Shown here: one piece after another, positions 23,801 to 37,600 of the stretch
Layout: every line of letters begins with the position of its first letter
How positions within the stretch are numbered: the first letter of the stretch is position 1
Assembly (NCBI GenBank): GCA_036172245.1
Contig: JAYWIR010000015.1
Location: 248,001 to 312,000 of the forward strand
DNA length: 64,000 nucleotides
Reading direction: 5' to 3'
DNA from: Raillietiella orientalis
Lineage: Eukaryota
Program-made: the position numbers and the translations under genes
The notes under the pieces: model-generated
What the model saw: the letters and a program-made list of their open reading frames with translations, nothing else
Database searches by the model: none
What the model was told of the DNA's origin: nothing

Positions 23801-26800
23801 TCCGATCAGAGGTGCCAGAAACCACCGGTAATCCGTGTTTGGTGTTTGGCTGCCCGAATTCAAGCCTTCGCTCGATGGGTGTGTGTTCAAGGCTATCTTG
23901 CAACGTCCCTCTGGTGTAGCAGGCATATTCGGATGGGATGGGTCCAGTCGCTCTACAGGATTTTCCTTGCAATCACTGATTACGAGCGATCTGATGGTTT
24001 CTTAACCAATCTGATGATACACCGCCGCATGCCGTGGCGCACCACTGGAGCGATTCCTGCGTTTCACAGGTGGCGTCCACTTTGGTGAGATCATGTTCTC
24101 CGGGCAGGAGGGAGGAATTCGCTTTCCTTTCGTTTAAACCTCGGTCGCTTTCGCTTACCAGAGAGCACACGTGTTTACGATTCCAAACAGGTCACAGGAT
24201 TCGCTTTGCGACGTGGCTGCCGCTATTCTGATGCTGACGCTGAGAAAGTGTAAGAACGAGGGAGATGATGGGAAGACGCTGCTTGTGCTTAACGAAGCTG
24301 GTTTCCTCTAGCCCAGTCGTTTGTGTACCAATGCGGATTCGCCCACGCCGCAAACTGCAGGTGTGCGGCGTGTTTCGTTTGCTTTGCTCACGAAAAGCAT
24401 AGGAAGATCGATGGTGTCCAGTCATTAGCGAGGAACGAATAATGCACCAATCAATCTGCATGCGAAAGTTCTTCATGGAAGAAAAGTGTGATCGGGAATT
24501 TCTGAACGAACAAAGTCTGCATGAATGACTTTCATTCGTCGATGTACGAAATGGAAAATTCCTCACGCCGACACTTTCCGGATGGTTCGATTCGCTTATT
24601 ATGCTTTTGGAATTCACTTGAACCATTTCCAAACCAGTCGCCACATCTACCTGAAGCTGTTCCCATTTCAAACCATAAATCACAAGCAAAGTCTTCAAGG
24701 TTCCTTTTCTTCTTATCGCGTTTTCAATAAAGAATGATTTTTGTACAGGGAACCTTCTTCCAGAGGTGTTAGTAATTGGCACTTTTTCAGTGACTTTGTC
24801 CCACTGGGCGAAATTAAGTGTGTGTACGTCACCACTGTGTCAAAGACCAACATGACTGAAATTGATTCAGACTCGGTAATTTTTTTAATTTCAACCATCG
24901 AGTGTACGTGCAATCCGATGATGAATGCTGACAGTGGCAGAAGTAATCGATTGGCATATCAGATGACTGATGACCTCAAAGGTGCAATTAGTTCAGGAAT
25001 GGTGGTACACTAAGGGATGTTTGCTGGAACTTTGATTAGTTCGTGCCGGTCCATGAGTTCGTTTTGACATCAGGAGTTGCGTTTCTTCAGTGCTTTGGCA
25101 GCTGCTGGAAAGATCTGAAGACTTGTCTCATTGCTGTGCTCACTATTCCGAAGTGAATCCTAACCGTTCTCGGTGTACACGAGGGCCACAATCGTCGTGT
25201 TCAGATTTTATAAATTAAATCTTATTTCGATTTATTTTTTTTTTTTTTAAAAAAAGCCTACGTTTCCTGCGCCCCTTCCGCAAGTTTTGCATGTCGAAAG
25301 CGTTTCTTATTCCACCATTGACACTTTGACCTACGAAGCAGAATGCCGCGTACAATGCACTGGAACCAGGTATACAACGAGAAAGGAATCGGCAATTCGT
25401 TTAGCTGTTGGGAAGATGTCGCAGGACACCGTCAAGTTGTCTAGGGGTGTTTCATTGCAAAAACACCCGCCGCTGTTACCGGGTTTATGAGACTCGATGG
25501 GACAGGTGGACAATGCTGTGGGCCATAACGCGTCAAAGGAACTTGGGTCAAAGATGTGGTCGTTTCTCTGTCGAAGCATGAAGTGGCACGGGTTTCGGCG
25601 TGGAAGGAGGAACCTCACGGCCTGGCATTTGCAGGCCCCACAAATTATAGCGCAAAATAAAGTGGGTCGCGTATTCAGATAGGCGCAAACACTCTTCTTC
25701 GTGTGCGCAAGAGCACGCGCACAGTGGTATCACATTAGGGGCCGTATTCGGGCGCTTATGTGGAGCACGAGGGTCGGATGTTGAAAATGAGCTTTTGGGA
25801 AAACGTCGAATCTGCTGACCTTGTGGCTCCTGGCTGTTGGTTTGACAGAGTTAAAGGTCGCTCCTCACTCTTGTCTCCTAGCGCAAGAAATGCACCTTCC
25901 ATAACAAGTTTTCCAAGATTTCACCGATCGCGGACATCCTGAAAACGGGTCAAAAGTTGTCAGGGCTGTGAAAGGGAGATGCTATGTACGTGGTAGCTAG
26001 AGATTAAGAGATTCTAAAGGTTTTATAAGTGCATTTCTGAAATCATCAAAGGGAGGGACTTGGCAAAAGTTTGCAAAGTTGAAAACGCTACAGAAAGCAA
26101 TTCGAAGCTTTTAAGCTAATTGCGAGTCTAAGAAGACGGGTTCGGTTAAGAAGCAGTTCACTGAGAGAGGAAAACATACTCATCAAAGCTGGCATCCCTG
26201 TTGGTATCTCGAATTTAAAAAAAGAACAAAAAAGGAATGCCTTTTTCTTTTTGCAGCCGAGAATCATTCGGAAAAATCGTTACGTGAAGACTATCCTTCG
26301 CCGGGAGAAGAAATGGATTTAGACTTTCGCAAAATTCCAAGAGCTATTCGGAATTCTTCAGCGTGTCTGTTCGTGTTCGGGGCAATCGTTGATGGATAGT
26401 AAATTTCCTGACCGGGTCGTGCATCCCTTTCTCACGTCTTTTCGTCATAATTTCATGATCCTGGATCATAATTCCTACTGCTTCTGTTCATTTCAACGGA
26501 GGTCTGTCTGCTGTTGATCCGCTGGTGCATCACGAGCAATCTTGAGGTTCGAGCTGCACCTTGGGAACGGGATCGTGTGCTTCGAAAGCAGCACGCACTT
26601 TTCTTGCAAGGCAAATGGCCGCTCTACTCGAAAATGTCAGTTACAAATTGCCCTCGTCTGTTCCTCGGTCAGAGACGAATTTGGCAGGTCTTCGAGACCT
26701 CAGCTGTGCACTGAAGCCTTGAAAATTTACCGGAGCACCTGAGAAAGGGGGAAACAGAACGGGAGCTTGCTTTATCTGCCGTTCCATGCCCGCATCCCTG

Positions 26801-29800
26801 CTGCAATTTGGAGGAGCATGCGAGCACGGACACTTGGTCCATTTCGGATACGAAAGTAAGCGAGAAAGGAAAAGTTTCGGCTTCCAAGTGGCGAAACACG
26901 TGGGCGACATCGTCTGATGCTTGCGAACCATTCATTCCTTCGGACAGAATGTTCGACTGTGAGCATGCTGGTGGGAGAAAGGTTCCCATGTACCGAAGTG
27001 TACGCTGCTTCAGCTTGCTTGTTTGTGCTTGCAAGTCTCGAAGAAGATGGAACTCATTACCGTCTCGAGGCTCCGGCGTGCCGCTGAACCGCCGGTCAAG
27101 AGTAGCAGCTCACTTCGAGGTGAACAATAAGGAAATCGTGTTTCCAAGGCAAGAGTGGGCTCAGCTGATTCCGAGAGAGACTTGCATATGTTGCAGGATG
27201 CTCCTTGATCTTCCTTTCATTCCATCCTTGGGAAGAGCGATTGCCTTCGAGTTTTCATACCTGGGTGAACTTTTTTGGCTTGAGAATGCGCGAATCGGCT
27301 CTTGTAAGCAAGAGCGGCGAGGACAGAGGTCAGCATTGCAGAGACATCTCTCGCGCAACACTAAAATGCCATGGAATCTTTGGTCTGAACATCACATGCA
27401 GCAGAATTTTTTTCCCCATCTGAAGACATCGGAACTTCTGGAATCTTCTTAAAATTTCGTCAGTTGTCTGTAGACTTCGATTATTCGCGATTACTCTTTG
27501 CTTAAATAACAGCGGGAAAATGCTTGGAGCTGTTCCAGCCTTTATTCATCCTCACAGCATGTCCAAGATCCCCTCATGATGACGTGGTCGAAGATGCTCG
27601 TTCCAATTTGAAGCGTGCCAGCACGCATCCTCAAAATTCCGTCTCCCCTTTTGCCAAAATTTTTTTTTTTTTTGACGCCCCCGGTGGAAAGGGGAAGAAC
27701 AGACACATGTTTGGGGCTGTTCTGAGATGGGTCGCAGAGGAGGACTTCGTCTCCAGAACGCTGGAAAATGCGAAACTTGAAATCCACACTTTCGAATGAA
27801 GGGATGGATTTGGGGATTTCGAGGTGAAGAATCAAATCAGCTCTGAGCCGTCTCAGATGGAGCTTTGGATTGTGGTACCACTGCTATACTCCTTGTCGAG
27901 GATTATCAAATTCCACGGGATCAAGTCAATTTAGCTCAGTGCCTCCGTTTGCAATTGAGCTCTCGCATCACAAAGAGCGCCCTCACTTTCTCAGACGTGT
28001 CCCATAAGGATTTTTTTTTTTTTTTTTTTTTCATTTTTTTGAGAGAATTCGGCAGTCTGGAAATTTCCAGCATTTTTAATTGGATTTCCTCTCTTCCTCG
28101 TTGTCGATTCATTGCATCACATTAGAGACTTTGAATAAGCTCTAACATTTTTTGGAAATCCGGTCCAAAACTCTTCATCAGTGATATCTGGAATGATGGT
28201 TCGTTGTTTTTTTCCTCCGAATTTGTTTTGCTTCTTCTTCTGCTGGATAAATGTGCTCTGAGCCAAACAGATCGTTTTCGCTCTTGGGGGAAATTTTTCC
28301 GTGCTTCCATTGCTGGTGGAAGGCATCAGTAGATGTGGTCTTGCTGTTGATGTAAGCTGTTTCCCACACATCTGGCGTCGCTGGAGGAAGTGCACGGGCA
28401 AGTCGTTTAGCAAAGAAAACCTCATCTCGCAAATCATGGTAGAGTACGATGGAAGGAAAATAAAAATAAAAATCCAAGACCAAACGCTGACTTTTAACAG
28501 TAACCATGACGCGCTTCGATTAGGCGTCCACTGGCGCTCACCAATTCACTCCTCTGCCCCTATCCGCCTTAAAATTTATTGGCAGCTTAGCTCTCCTTCT
28601 TCCTCCGGATCTTGCACACGATGCACGTCGCTCCCGCGGAAATCCAGAGGGAAAAATACCGAATGCAAATGATTGTTTCGGATACTCCCGTTGAAGAGTT
28701 CTGGACCGGATTTTGAAAGATTGCGCTCCTCTCTTCCAAAAAATTACCTCCTTCTCCTCCGCCGACTAGGACTAGGAGGAGGAAAAAAAAGTGTAGCATC
28801 TCAGTGTACCAGAGGCACATCGCGAGCAGCATTCACCGAAGGATTGGAGTAAAGGGAGTTCGTAACCACCGTGCTGAGCACATCTGTGCCGGAGTTTTTT
28901 AAACCCCAACAGCAAACTTGGTGGGAAGAGCCAACGGGATGCAACGAATGGTATTCGGATGTTGCGGTTCCACCTTGTTTTCCTTTACTCGTTTCCCCGA
29001 AGCTGCCACGTGCCTCCGGAATTCGGTGGCTTCGCGTGCATTCGTTTCCACGCTGAAAGGGTACATGAAAATCGTGCGTCCCTTTCCTTCTGCCGATGCA
29101 CATAGGCGCAAGGGAGAGTCCTTACCTCGCGCGTCGTCTCATCATGGATTCCTCCATGGCGGATGGAACAGGGACACTCCAGACCGTCGAGATGTTTTCG
29201 ATCCGACCGATCCTCCATCAAGTGGTGATTTTTTCTTTTCGAAAATGAAGTCTTTTTTTTTTTTTGGGGGGGGGGGGGGGGAATACGTGGCTCATGGAAG
29301 CGGATTCTCGGAAGGTGGGACCAAAGGCTACAGGGCAAACGGAAATGAGGTGCAGAGTTTCCACGATGGGTCCCTGCTCGATGTTTGTCCGTTATGAACA
29401 CAAATCCGGGAATCGGGACGTCTCCGGACTGTATCTAGCTCGAAACTCTAGAAGCTCAATTTTTTCGAGTCCAGTAGATCACTCCTCCAGAAAAGGAAAG
29501 CGTTCCAGACAAGTCCGGAAGCAATCAAAGTTCTGAGAAAAACTCTGCGATTATTCCTTCACGATAAAATGTGTTCTCCATAGATACTGCGCGATAGATG
29601 AAGGCCCCATGCAGAGGAGATGCTAATTAATCAAAAGGACCTGACAGATGCTTGCGTCGATTCAGGCCAAACTTTCTTGGCCGGCAGGAATGAAATTTAA
29701 TTTAGCACTATTTACGAGAATTCAGGAAGTGCCTAATTTCCGTGCTTTCTGGAGCATTCTTCAGCTTGCTCCGTGAGATCCGGTGATACGTGTGTTGGGA

Positions 29801-32800
29801 TGGAAACGGGAGGGGATTCGATTTTCGCGCCCACGCTCTGGCTTGATCTTTAGGCGCCTTTCGAGTTTTGCTGATTTCAGGCTGGGGAGCTCGCGATACG
29901 GGACTGTTAGCATCCGTCGTGTACCTGCTGGACCAACGTGCCACTCTGGCGAAGCAGGATCCGAGTTTAGGGCTCTTTTCCGAGGAGCTTCTTCTTGTCA
30001 GCTGGTCCTGCATCCACTTCGAACTGCCTACAGTGTCCTTTTCTAGCCGGAGATCCCCAGTTTGCGCGAGACCGGGAGAGGAAAATCAGGCTCATGTCGA
30101 GGGAGCTCTGGAGGGAGGAAACTTCCAGCTGCTCCACCATTAGGTGATTTCCCTTCCCGTGTCCATTCTTCCCCAGCCAGAAATCACGACACAGCGGACG
30201 TGATGAAAATTTCCTCGTGGATGATGCACAGACTCCAGCAGAGTCGTGTCGGTGGGGTGCAGTTCCCCTCCCCCGTTTTTCATTCCCGTCATGCGAACAT
30301 GAGCCGTTGTGCAACACCTCTTCTGAATTTTCCCTATCTTTTCAGTCGCGTTCGGGGATACCTGCCCTCGCATTTCCCGTGTGTGTGTGTGTGTGTGTGT
30401 TTTTTTCACACATTCGCTGTGCCCCATTTTTCACACCTATGATTGGTCTGAGACTGACTGCTCATTTTCCGTCTCGCCCTGAGCGGGAGAGAAAACACGT
30501 CTTCCGGAAGTGGCAGGAAGCTGCATTCTCCCTTACAGAAGGAATGGGTTTCTCGAGTCGGGATCGGGTTCGCTTGCACTGCAATAAATTCCGCTAGATG
30601 AAGTTTTTTCGAACTGATAAGGAAGGGATCTGCTTCCATAACGGTAATCATCAAGATAGGGACTACGAGGCAGCGGACAATGCCCAAGCAGTGCCGCGCT
30701 TTCGAACTAATTTTCCATCTTTGATCCTTAAAAGCGAATCTCCGGGGTCACCACGGAAAAGCCCACACCTGAAGCTCGGTGGTTGTTACTCCACACAAGG
30801 AAGGAGGGCATCGATTCGGGAGACGGCAGCTTTGCCTTGCGTGTCAAGTGGATTCTGGTCGACTCGGATTCGGGCTCCGCAGGCTGCTTTTGGAGAAATG
30901 GGGTTTCTGACTTTGAGGAGTTCGTATGGCAGCTCACTGATGAGTTTCCGTATAAGCAAGCACCAGAAGCTCAAGAGCGTGTCGTTTCCCAGCTGCTGTT
31001 GGAAGAAATCACTCCCCTCTTAAGAAAGAAACGTGCCTCAATCAATTTATGAAAGCACCAGAAAGCTGCACCGTCTTCGATTTTCAAAAGTGTCGTGCAA
31101 AGCTGGAGTTAATCCTCTACGAGTTTTATTTCCGGGTGGGCTGTTCATATTTCAGATGATGAATAAAGCCTGCATGATCAAGCGCAGTATCAAATCTGAC
31201 CATTTACACCTCTGAGATAAATTAAAAGACTGCATTGGCTATAGTTAGTGCAACTGTTTTATAAGAAAGATCTAGGAAGATGAAATCTCTGCATTGCACG
31301 TGTCTCTCAGATTGATGTTATTGAAAAAGTTTCATCAAATGACTTTTTTTTGATTTTCTTTTTTTTTTTTTTTCAATATTCGTTTTTCCAAAGTTTTCAC
31401 CCTTTGAGCGCAGTTGGCGAAAACCAAAACTCGTGATCGATTTCCAGAGTAAACGCTTGAAATTGTAATTGCGGAGGGTTTTTATCGCACTCCTGTCCCT
31501 CTTTCGTCGAAACGCAAAGCGCATTGCTTGAACTCTCGGCACACAGATGGCAGTGACGTCCCACTCCGCCCATTCCGCATCTTAATTTACGCGCAGCGGA
31601 GAACACCGATTGCAATTCCGAAGGAAATTCTTTTCAGAGTTGTTGTGCTTCCTTTGCTCACTTGGTTGCGAAGTCGTTTATCATGCTTCCGATGTGTCTT
31701 CCCGTGGCATGCATAAAAACTTTGGGAAGACAAAAACCCTGACCACTTTTTTTCAAATCTGATTTGCGGACCATGTAGCTTCGAAATCACATCATTCTCT
31801 GTGTCTGTGATTATAGGAGTAGCTGAAGTCTTGCTATTTATTGCTATGTAAGAAAGCATCTTCGTGGACATTCATGCTGCTGAGCATGTGGTTCTGCTTT
31901 GGGGGGCGAACACGAATACGTCAGCATTCGGGCAGCCATCACACGTGGAGGAAAAAAGAAGAGAAAAGAAAGAATTCCAAGGCACGTTACACTCAAGCGG
32001 AGAAACGAAGCTGATGACTAAGAGAGTTTTCAGCATTGATCCGAGTTGTTTCGTGGAAGACGTTTCTTATAGGCATTTTAATGGGGAGTAGGTAGTAGTG
32101 TTTTTCTTCCATCATGTCGCCCGCAATTTAGAAACGTTTGGTCTTTTCCTTTCAAACGCAACTCTTCGGAAATCCTTCCCCCCTGAAGGATAGCCACCTC
32201 AGCCAGCTCACTCGCATAGCCACCTCCTCTCCAGCCAGGAATCCTATGTGGAAAACATGGCTGAAGGTCACAGAACAATGATGCTGTGGAAGAAGTCAAG
32301 AACAAGGGGGTGAACGGTGACTAGGAAACACCCCGAGTACCCAAAACCGGCGCCATGGAAACCGAAACTCTTCTTTCCGCACCGAAGATGAGGGATGGAG
32401 AGATGAGAGATATGCATTGGAAAACTGAAAGCGAAAACTGCGTCGAGGTCTAGTAGATAGGGAGATCACGCGGCGGTCACTTCCGAGCCGCGTCCTCGAT
32501 GCCGCCGCTGGGGCAGTTGTCTTTTCGGCGAAGACCTGAATACTTGTTGCTCATTGCTGTGATCGAATGGCCCTGCGGATTAGCTCCATCTCCAAGCAAC
32601 AGCGACTCCGGGGAGTGAAAGGGAGACTGCTCGCGGAATCAGATTCGGTGGTGAAGAAAAACATCTTGGGGCCCTTCATTTGCATAAGAATTACTCTCCG
32701 TTTCATTTCCCAGTTCAGCAGCCATGCATCTGGAGTATCTCGAGCCTGGAGAGTTTTGGAGCGGTTGCAGTTCTCGCTGACCATTCGACCCTCCCGGTTA

Positions 32801-32949
32801 GGCTTTTGAGCGATTCCCTGTTCTTTCGTTGTCGATCTGCGTGCTGCCGAATGCTTCCATCTGGGATTCGGCTTGAAATTCCCAGCTTGCGCGAGTGTCC
32901 CGCAGGCAGCACGGAGGGATTTTGGCAGACGCAGCTCTGTCGTCTTTTT

Positions 32950-33885
32950 GCCCGCGTTGGCTGCGCCCTCCGCTCGTGGTACTAAGAGTTGCGGGTGCGA
33001 ACGCCCACGTGGAGAAATGGGTGCGTCATGAGTTTCGAGTTCCCCCCGAAAGATGGCGCTGGCTGGCCTGTAGGCTTCGGGTGCGGCTCTGGTTGACACC
33101 CGGTCACTCTGGGGCGTTTATTTATAAAAAAAAATAAACGCCTGTGGCAGGACGTTTGATCCTGCCACGTTACTTATGAATACGAGGAGGGACCTGCCGG
33201 GATCTGGCACGCATGCCAGCGGGTTCGCCTCAGCAGCACGGGAGGAGACAAACCAAAATAAAACGAAAAACTTACAGTCAAGAAATGGAAGGGGGGGTGG
33301 GGGGTTCGGGAAGGGATCACTGTCGTCACTGGGGTTGGGGGTCCGGGTGCGGCACTGATGGAAACCGGATGTCCCTGTTTGAGTGACCGGGATTGGAAGC
33401 TTCTTTGCCTCTGAGTCAAGGAGCCGATTTTTTTCGGGGTTCCCATCTGGTTGTGAAGATGGAGACCCCCTCCCCCCTTTCCTCGGAGGAGGACCCTCCA
33501 TCGCGTGCCGTGGAAACGGTGGATTGATACCTCTCCAGAGTATGAAGAAGCGCGCTGCTCCCTTCGGGGAGCGCCCTTCAGAGAAATTGGAAAGCGTTCC
33601 TTGGGGAATCTCTTCAGAGGAGGAGGAAACCAGGAGCGGATTCCTTCCGGGTTCCCTTCGAAGTTTCCTACCAAGCGTAAGAGGGAAGGACTCCTCCCTC
33701 CGGGGCCTTCCTGGAATCATGAGGTGGTCGCTCCAGTGTTACCCTCTATAACCTGAAGAGTTACACTCACCCTCGGGTGTCAAGCGTTAAAGAGCTTCGT
33801 GCGAGCCCCTAGGCGAACAGTTCTCGAGTACTTAGCGAACCAAAAGAAAAGAAAAAGAAAACACGAAAAAAAAAAAAAAGAAAAG
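32950..33885 (+). mobile_element. tRNA-headed SINE-like element, copy 3 (with ~240-bp internal insert)
   Basis: Decayed head (TTGGCTGCG...AAGAGTTGCGGGTGCGAACGCCCACGTGGAGAAATGGGTGCGTC). Body 33343-33840 is collinear with the other copies. A-rich tail at 33842-33885. Confidence 0.78.
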
Positions 33886-34624
33886 TTTTTCGTGGGCTCC
33901 AGAGAGAAAGTGCAATCACAGGAGAGTACATTCCCTCGTCCCTAGGACTGCCAAGCAGCGATCTCAGTGGATGTCGAGCGAAGATGTATTTCCTGAGCAC
34001 CGACGTTTTTCCTTTTTGTTCCCTAAGCAATCACGCCATGGGTTTCCACGTCGCCGGGCAATCGAACCACCCGAGCGTCGTCCGGCAAGGACTGCCATTT
34101 TTTTTTTTCCTCCATCCGTATTCTTTTTTTCTTTCTTTCTTTCTCTTTTTTCAAGCTCGTTTCCACCCGAAGAGAAGGAGCGATCTCTTCCTTTTAACAC
34201 ACGGGAGGAATGACCATGTTTCTTGCATAATTTATCGAGGTGAATTAAATGTCAGCCTGTTGAGCTCCGCGCGAATTACAAGCCTCGCTGTCGTGACGGG
34301 GGAAAAGTAAAAGTGGCCCCCGAAGCTGGATGCTGATTCCATCCTTCCAAGTTTTCTTTTCTGATCTGTCCTCCCAAACGCTGCGCAATTCATCAGATTA
34401 TGTTGTTGGCGGGAATAATTTTCTCAATTTATGCGATAGTAAATTCTTATTTATCCTCTATAAAAAAACATCCGAAATTGCTGCCTGAATTCGGATGCCC
34501 AGGTAAAGTAATTGCTCCACCGTGCACAGATTTCGCACGCCAGCAGCAGTGCGAGAGCGAATGGCATCGGGGATGGATGGTGGCTGCGTCCACCGTGGAC
34601 GTGAGAAATACGGTGAAACCGAGG

Positions 34625-34627
<3 letters not shown>

Positions 34628-34655
<28 letters not shown>
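34628..34655. repeat. (TG)n microsatellite
   Basis: Direct inspection. Similar tracts occur at about 30379-30400, 48636-48665 and 60818-60845. Confidence 0.95.
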
Positions 34656-34657
<2 letters not shown>

Positions 34658-37600
34658 GCCTTCCCTGACACCCGGGGATTCGAAATGAAAACGTTTCGGT
34701 CCAGCTTCTCTCTCTCTCCGAGATGCGGCTTCTGAGGATGCGAGTCCGTTGCAAAGGAAAGCAGAATCGTCTGGCGCGTTTCCTTAAAACATAGAATTTT
34801 GTTTTATGGATGACCATGCAAATCTGGCGCTCGACGGAACAAATCATAAACGCGTGGTTGTAAAGGGGGTGGGGGGCAGTCACTCGGGGGATATTAGGAC
34901 TGCATTAATGCACCTCAATAATCACGCAAGGCTCTGAAAGGACGAGGGAGGGAGTAGTGTGAAAAGGGAAGATTCGAACGGCATCACCGGTCCCAGCTGC
35001 AGCTGAGTTGCGCATCGGGCTGAAGACGTGAAATCGAGGACCAAGTGTTCCCCCATCTGCAGAGAGGACTGCTTCTACGCAAGACTTTCAGTTTTCCCGA
35101 TGCCGGGCAGGAGCGACACGACGGGACGGCCAGCGGCCGCCTTCGCCCCTGCTTCAGGTGAACGAATAACGGGCTGCTGGTCCTCTTGGAGGGATGAGAC
35201 TGCTGACGCAGGTCCTGCCTGGAAGATTAGTACGTTGGCGCGCTCTCGCTGTTGCCTTTTTTCGGCAACCTACGATTTACTGAGGTTTGCCGAATGCTTT
35301 TGAGGTCACACCCTCATGCAGCGGTCGTGTTTACTTTCCTTCGAGGAGAGATCCCGACGGATCGTGATTGCGAGTGATTCCTCTCGATCCGTGGAGGAAA
35401 CGGCGTGCTGGCGACTCCTCAGAGACAACGAAAGTGGATGAGTTCTTCCGAAATTGCTGGCTTTGTTGGGTGAGGTTTTGCAACCGTGTAAGGAGGTCCA
35501 AGGTATGGGAGCTTGGAGCCAAATTGCACCATTGACCATCGTGTGTGCCCATGCCCATCTCGACTCTCGGAGAACCCTGCTTGCTAATCATTTTGCGGGA
35601 TCCGAAGTGACTTGCCACGTATTTGAACAAGTTTTATTTCTTCCACATTTTTTCTCTTTTTTTTTTTCCTTTGATTTTTTCCATCACGAATCCAAATCAT
35701 CCACCCATCCCAGGGATCTTATGTCAATACTGCCCTTTTCTCTAAGGATCTTCGTGCGTTCGAATACCAGGTTTTCGCTTTTTTTTTTTTTTTTTCCTGT
35801 CCCCCCCCCCGCCCTCCCCCCAAAAAATGTCGTTATTAGCCTTTTGAGAGGTCTGAGCTCTTTCAATTCTCATTCCGGCTTCTGTGTATCTTTCCAAGCT
35901 CTGTAGTAATGTCTCGGAGACAGGAGGTTTCACGCTGGAAGAAATATCCGAGTCATGTGGTCCTTTCTCTGCTCGACTAAGTCATGACCCGTCGGAAAAG
36001 TGATTAGCATTTCACGCGAAAGTGCATGCAATCCGTGTTCTTGAGAAAGACATATTATTCCTAATTTACCTGTTCCAGCGTTTATTTATGCACTCCTCGA
36101 TGTTTTTTTTTTTTTTTCTTTAAATCCTGCCGTGCTGTCAATCCGGCGCTGAATGACGCATTCCAATAACAGCGAACTCAATTATGCGTTCCGTGGTCGA
36201 GAAGACCCAGGGCCGATAGTTCATCCGCGAACTGCTTGCGCTCTTTTAAAACGATGCCTTGGAATGATCGTGGTCAGTCTACTTATCCCCTTGCGTGCCT
36301 CACTGGTCCGTAACATTCGGTTCTGCGGAAAAATAGGGTGGTCGCAACCACGAGTTACCTCCCAGCATCTTTGCTGCAGTTGCCGGCGAGACACGGCGTC
36401 TCTGCAAATGATGGTCCAGCAGATCTTGCCCCCGTGGATCCCTCGATGGGAGAACGGCCTTTAACCCGAAGAATTCCGTCCTTGCCGAGCAATTCAGCGC
36501 CTTCCTTTCAGAATTATCGCCGAGTAGCTGCCAGCACAAACCAGGAAGAAGGCATGCTGCACCCATGAAAGGAACTCTCTGCTGCTCCCGTAAGGGAAAG
36601 AACTGCGGGCCGTGATTGGTGACGAGCGTGAGGTGAATCGATTCAGATTCAGTTGATGAATCCCGGTTCCGCGAACGCAGGTTTAATAATACGATGGGTT
36701 CTGGAACATTCCTCTCCTGTTTGTCTTCTTCACAGCCCTGGAACTACCCAGGCGAGTTTCTCCGATGCACGGGGGTTGCGTGCCCACCGTTGTGGGATGT
36801 ACGGTCGCTTCCGGTTTGTGAAAGCATCTTACTCGTCAGCAGCAGAGGCATTATTCATCCAAGGAGCACTTATCTGGAATCGCTCTGAAGACGTTTCGGT
36901 TTCTCCTCCACCCATTCCCGTGAACTTTTTGATCCAAATATTCGGTTTCGCGGAATGTGTGGTGGAATGTATTCCTCACGATTCCCTCCTTCCTTCGGAA
37001 TCTGTGCAGTTTCCTGCTTCCAAGTATTCAACTAGAGATGCACGTTCTAATGAATTCTCGGCTCAAGGTGTTGCTACACGGTTCCCGCTTTTTTCATTTC
37101 TGGTTCCCCATGTTCAATTCCTTCTTTTGCACTTCCATTTCTTGTTTTCGTGTTTCCACGACCACCGCACTTTCATTTTGATTCGTACAACGGACATCCT
37201 GTTTCTTGCGGCGATTGCTCTAATTAACTGCGTGCTTGAAGATTTTTTTTTTTTTCTTGATCTGAATCGAAATACGTTCTGCCTTCCCATTGCAAAATTA
37301 TTCTTCTCCTTACCCTGTATGAAGAAAGTATCCGTTTAGCACTCATTGCCCTGTTCTTTTGTGATAGACCCTAATGATTTTATTTGTTCTTTCTTTCTTT
37401 CTTCCTAAGGTGTGTTTCTGTTTTTTTGTGGGTATCAATTTCCTACTCTCATCACTCCATGATGTTCTTGCTGTATCTTTGCGCGCCCCCGCCACCTCGT
37501 GGTAAGGTTTCGAAATAACTCTTTGCCTCCGAACAAGACGAGTCGCTCACAAATGTGTGGGTTACGTATGTGCAACATGAAATCTTTTTCGAGTTCTGCG

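Noticed and set aside
26640..26700. Integrase-like PAKFVSDRGT (minus strand)
   Set aside because: A single short motif with no other DDE residues at the proper spacing.
32567..32700. Further weak LINE-like peptides (also near 27045, 42360, 50850-51010 and 54870-54950)
   Set aside because: Each is one loosely matching motif with wrong spacing; chance matches are expected over six frames.
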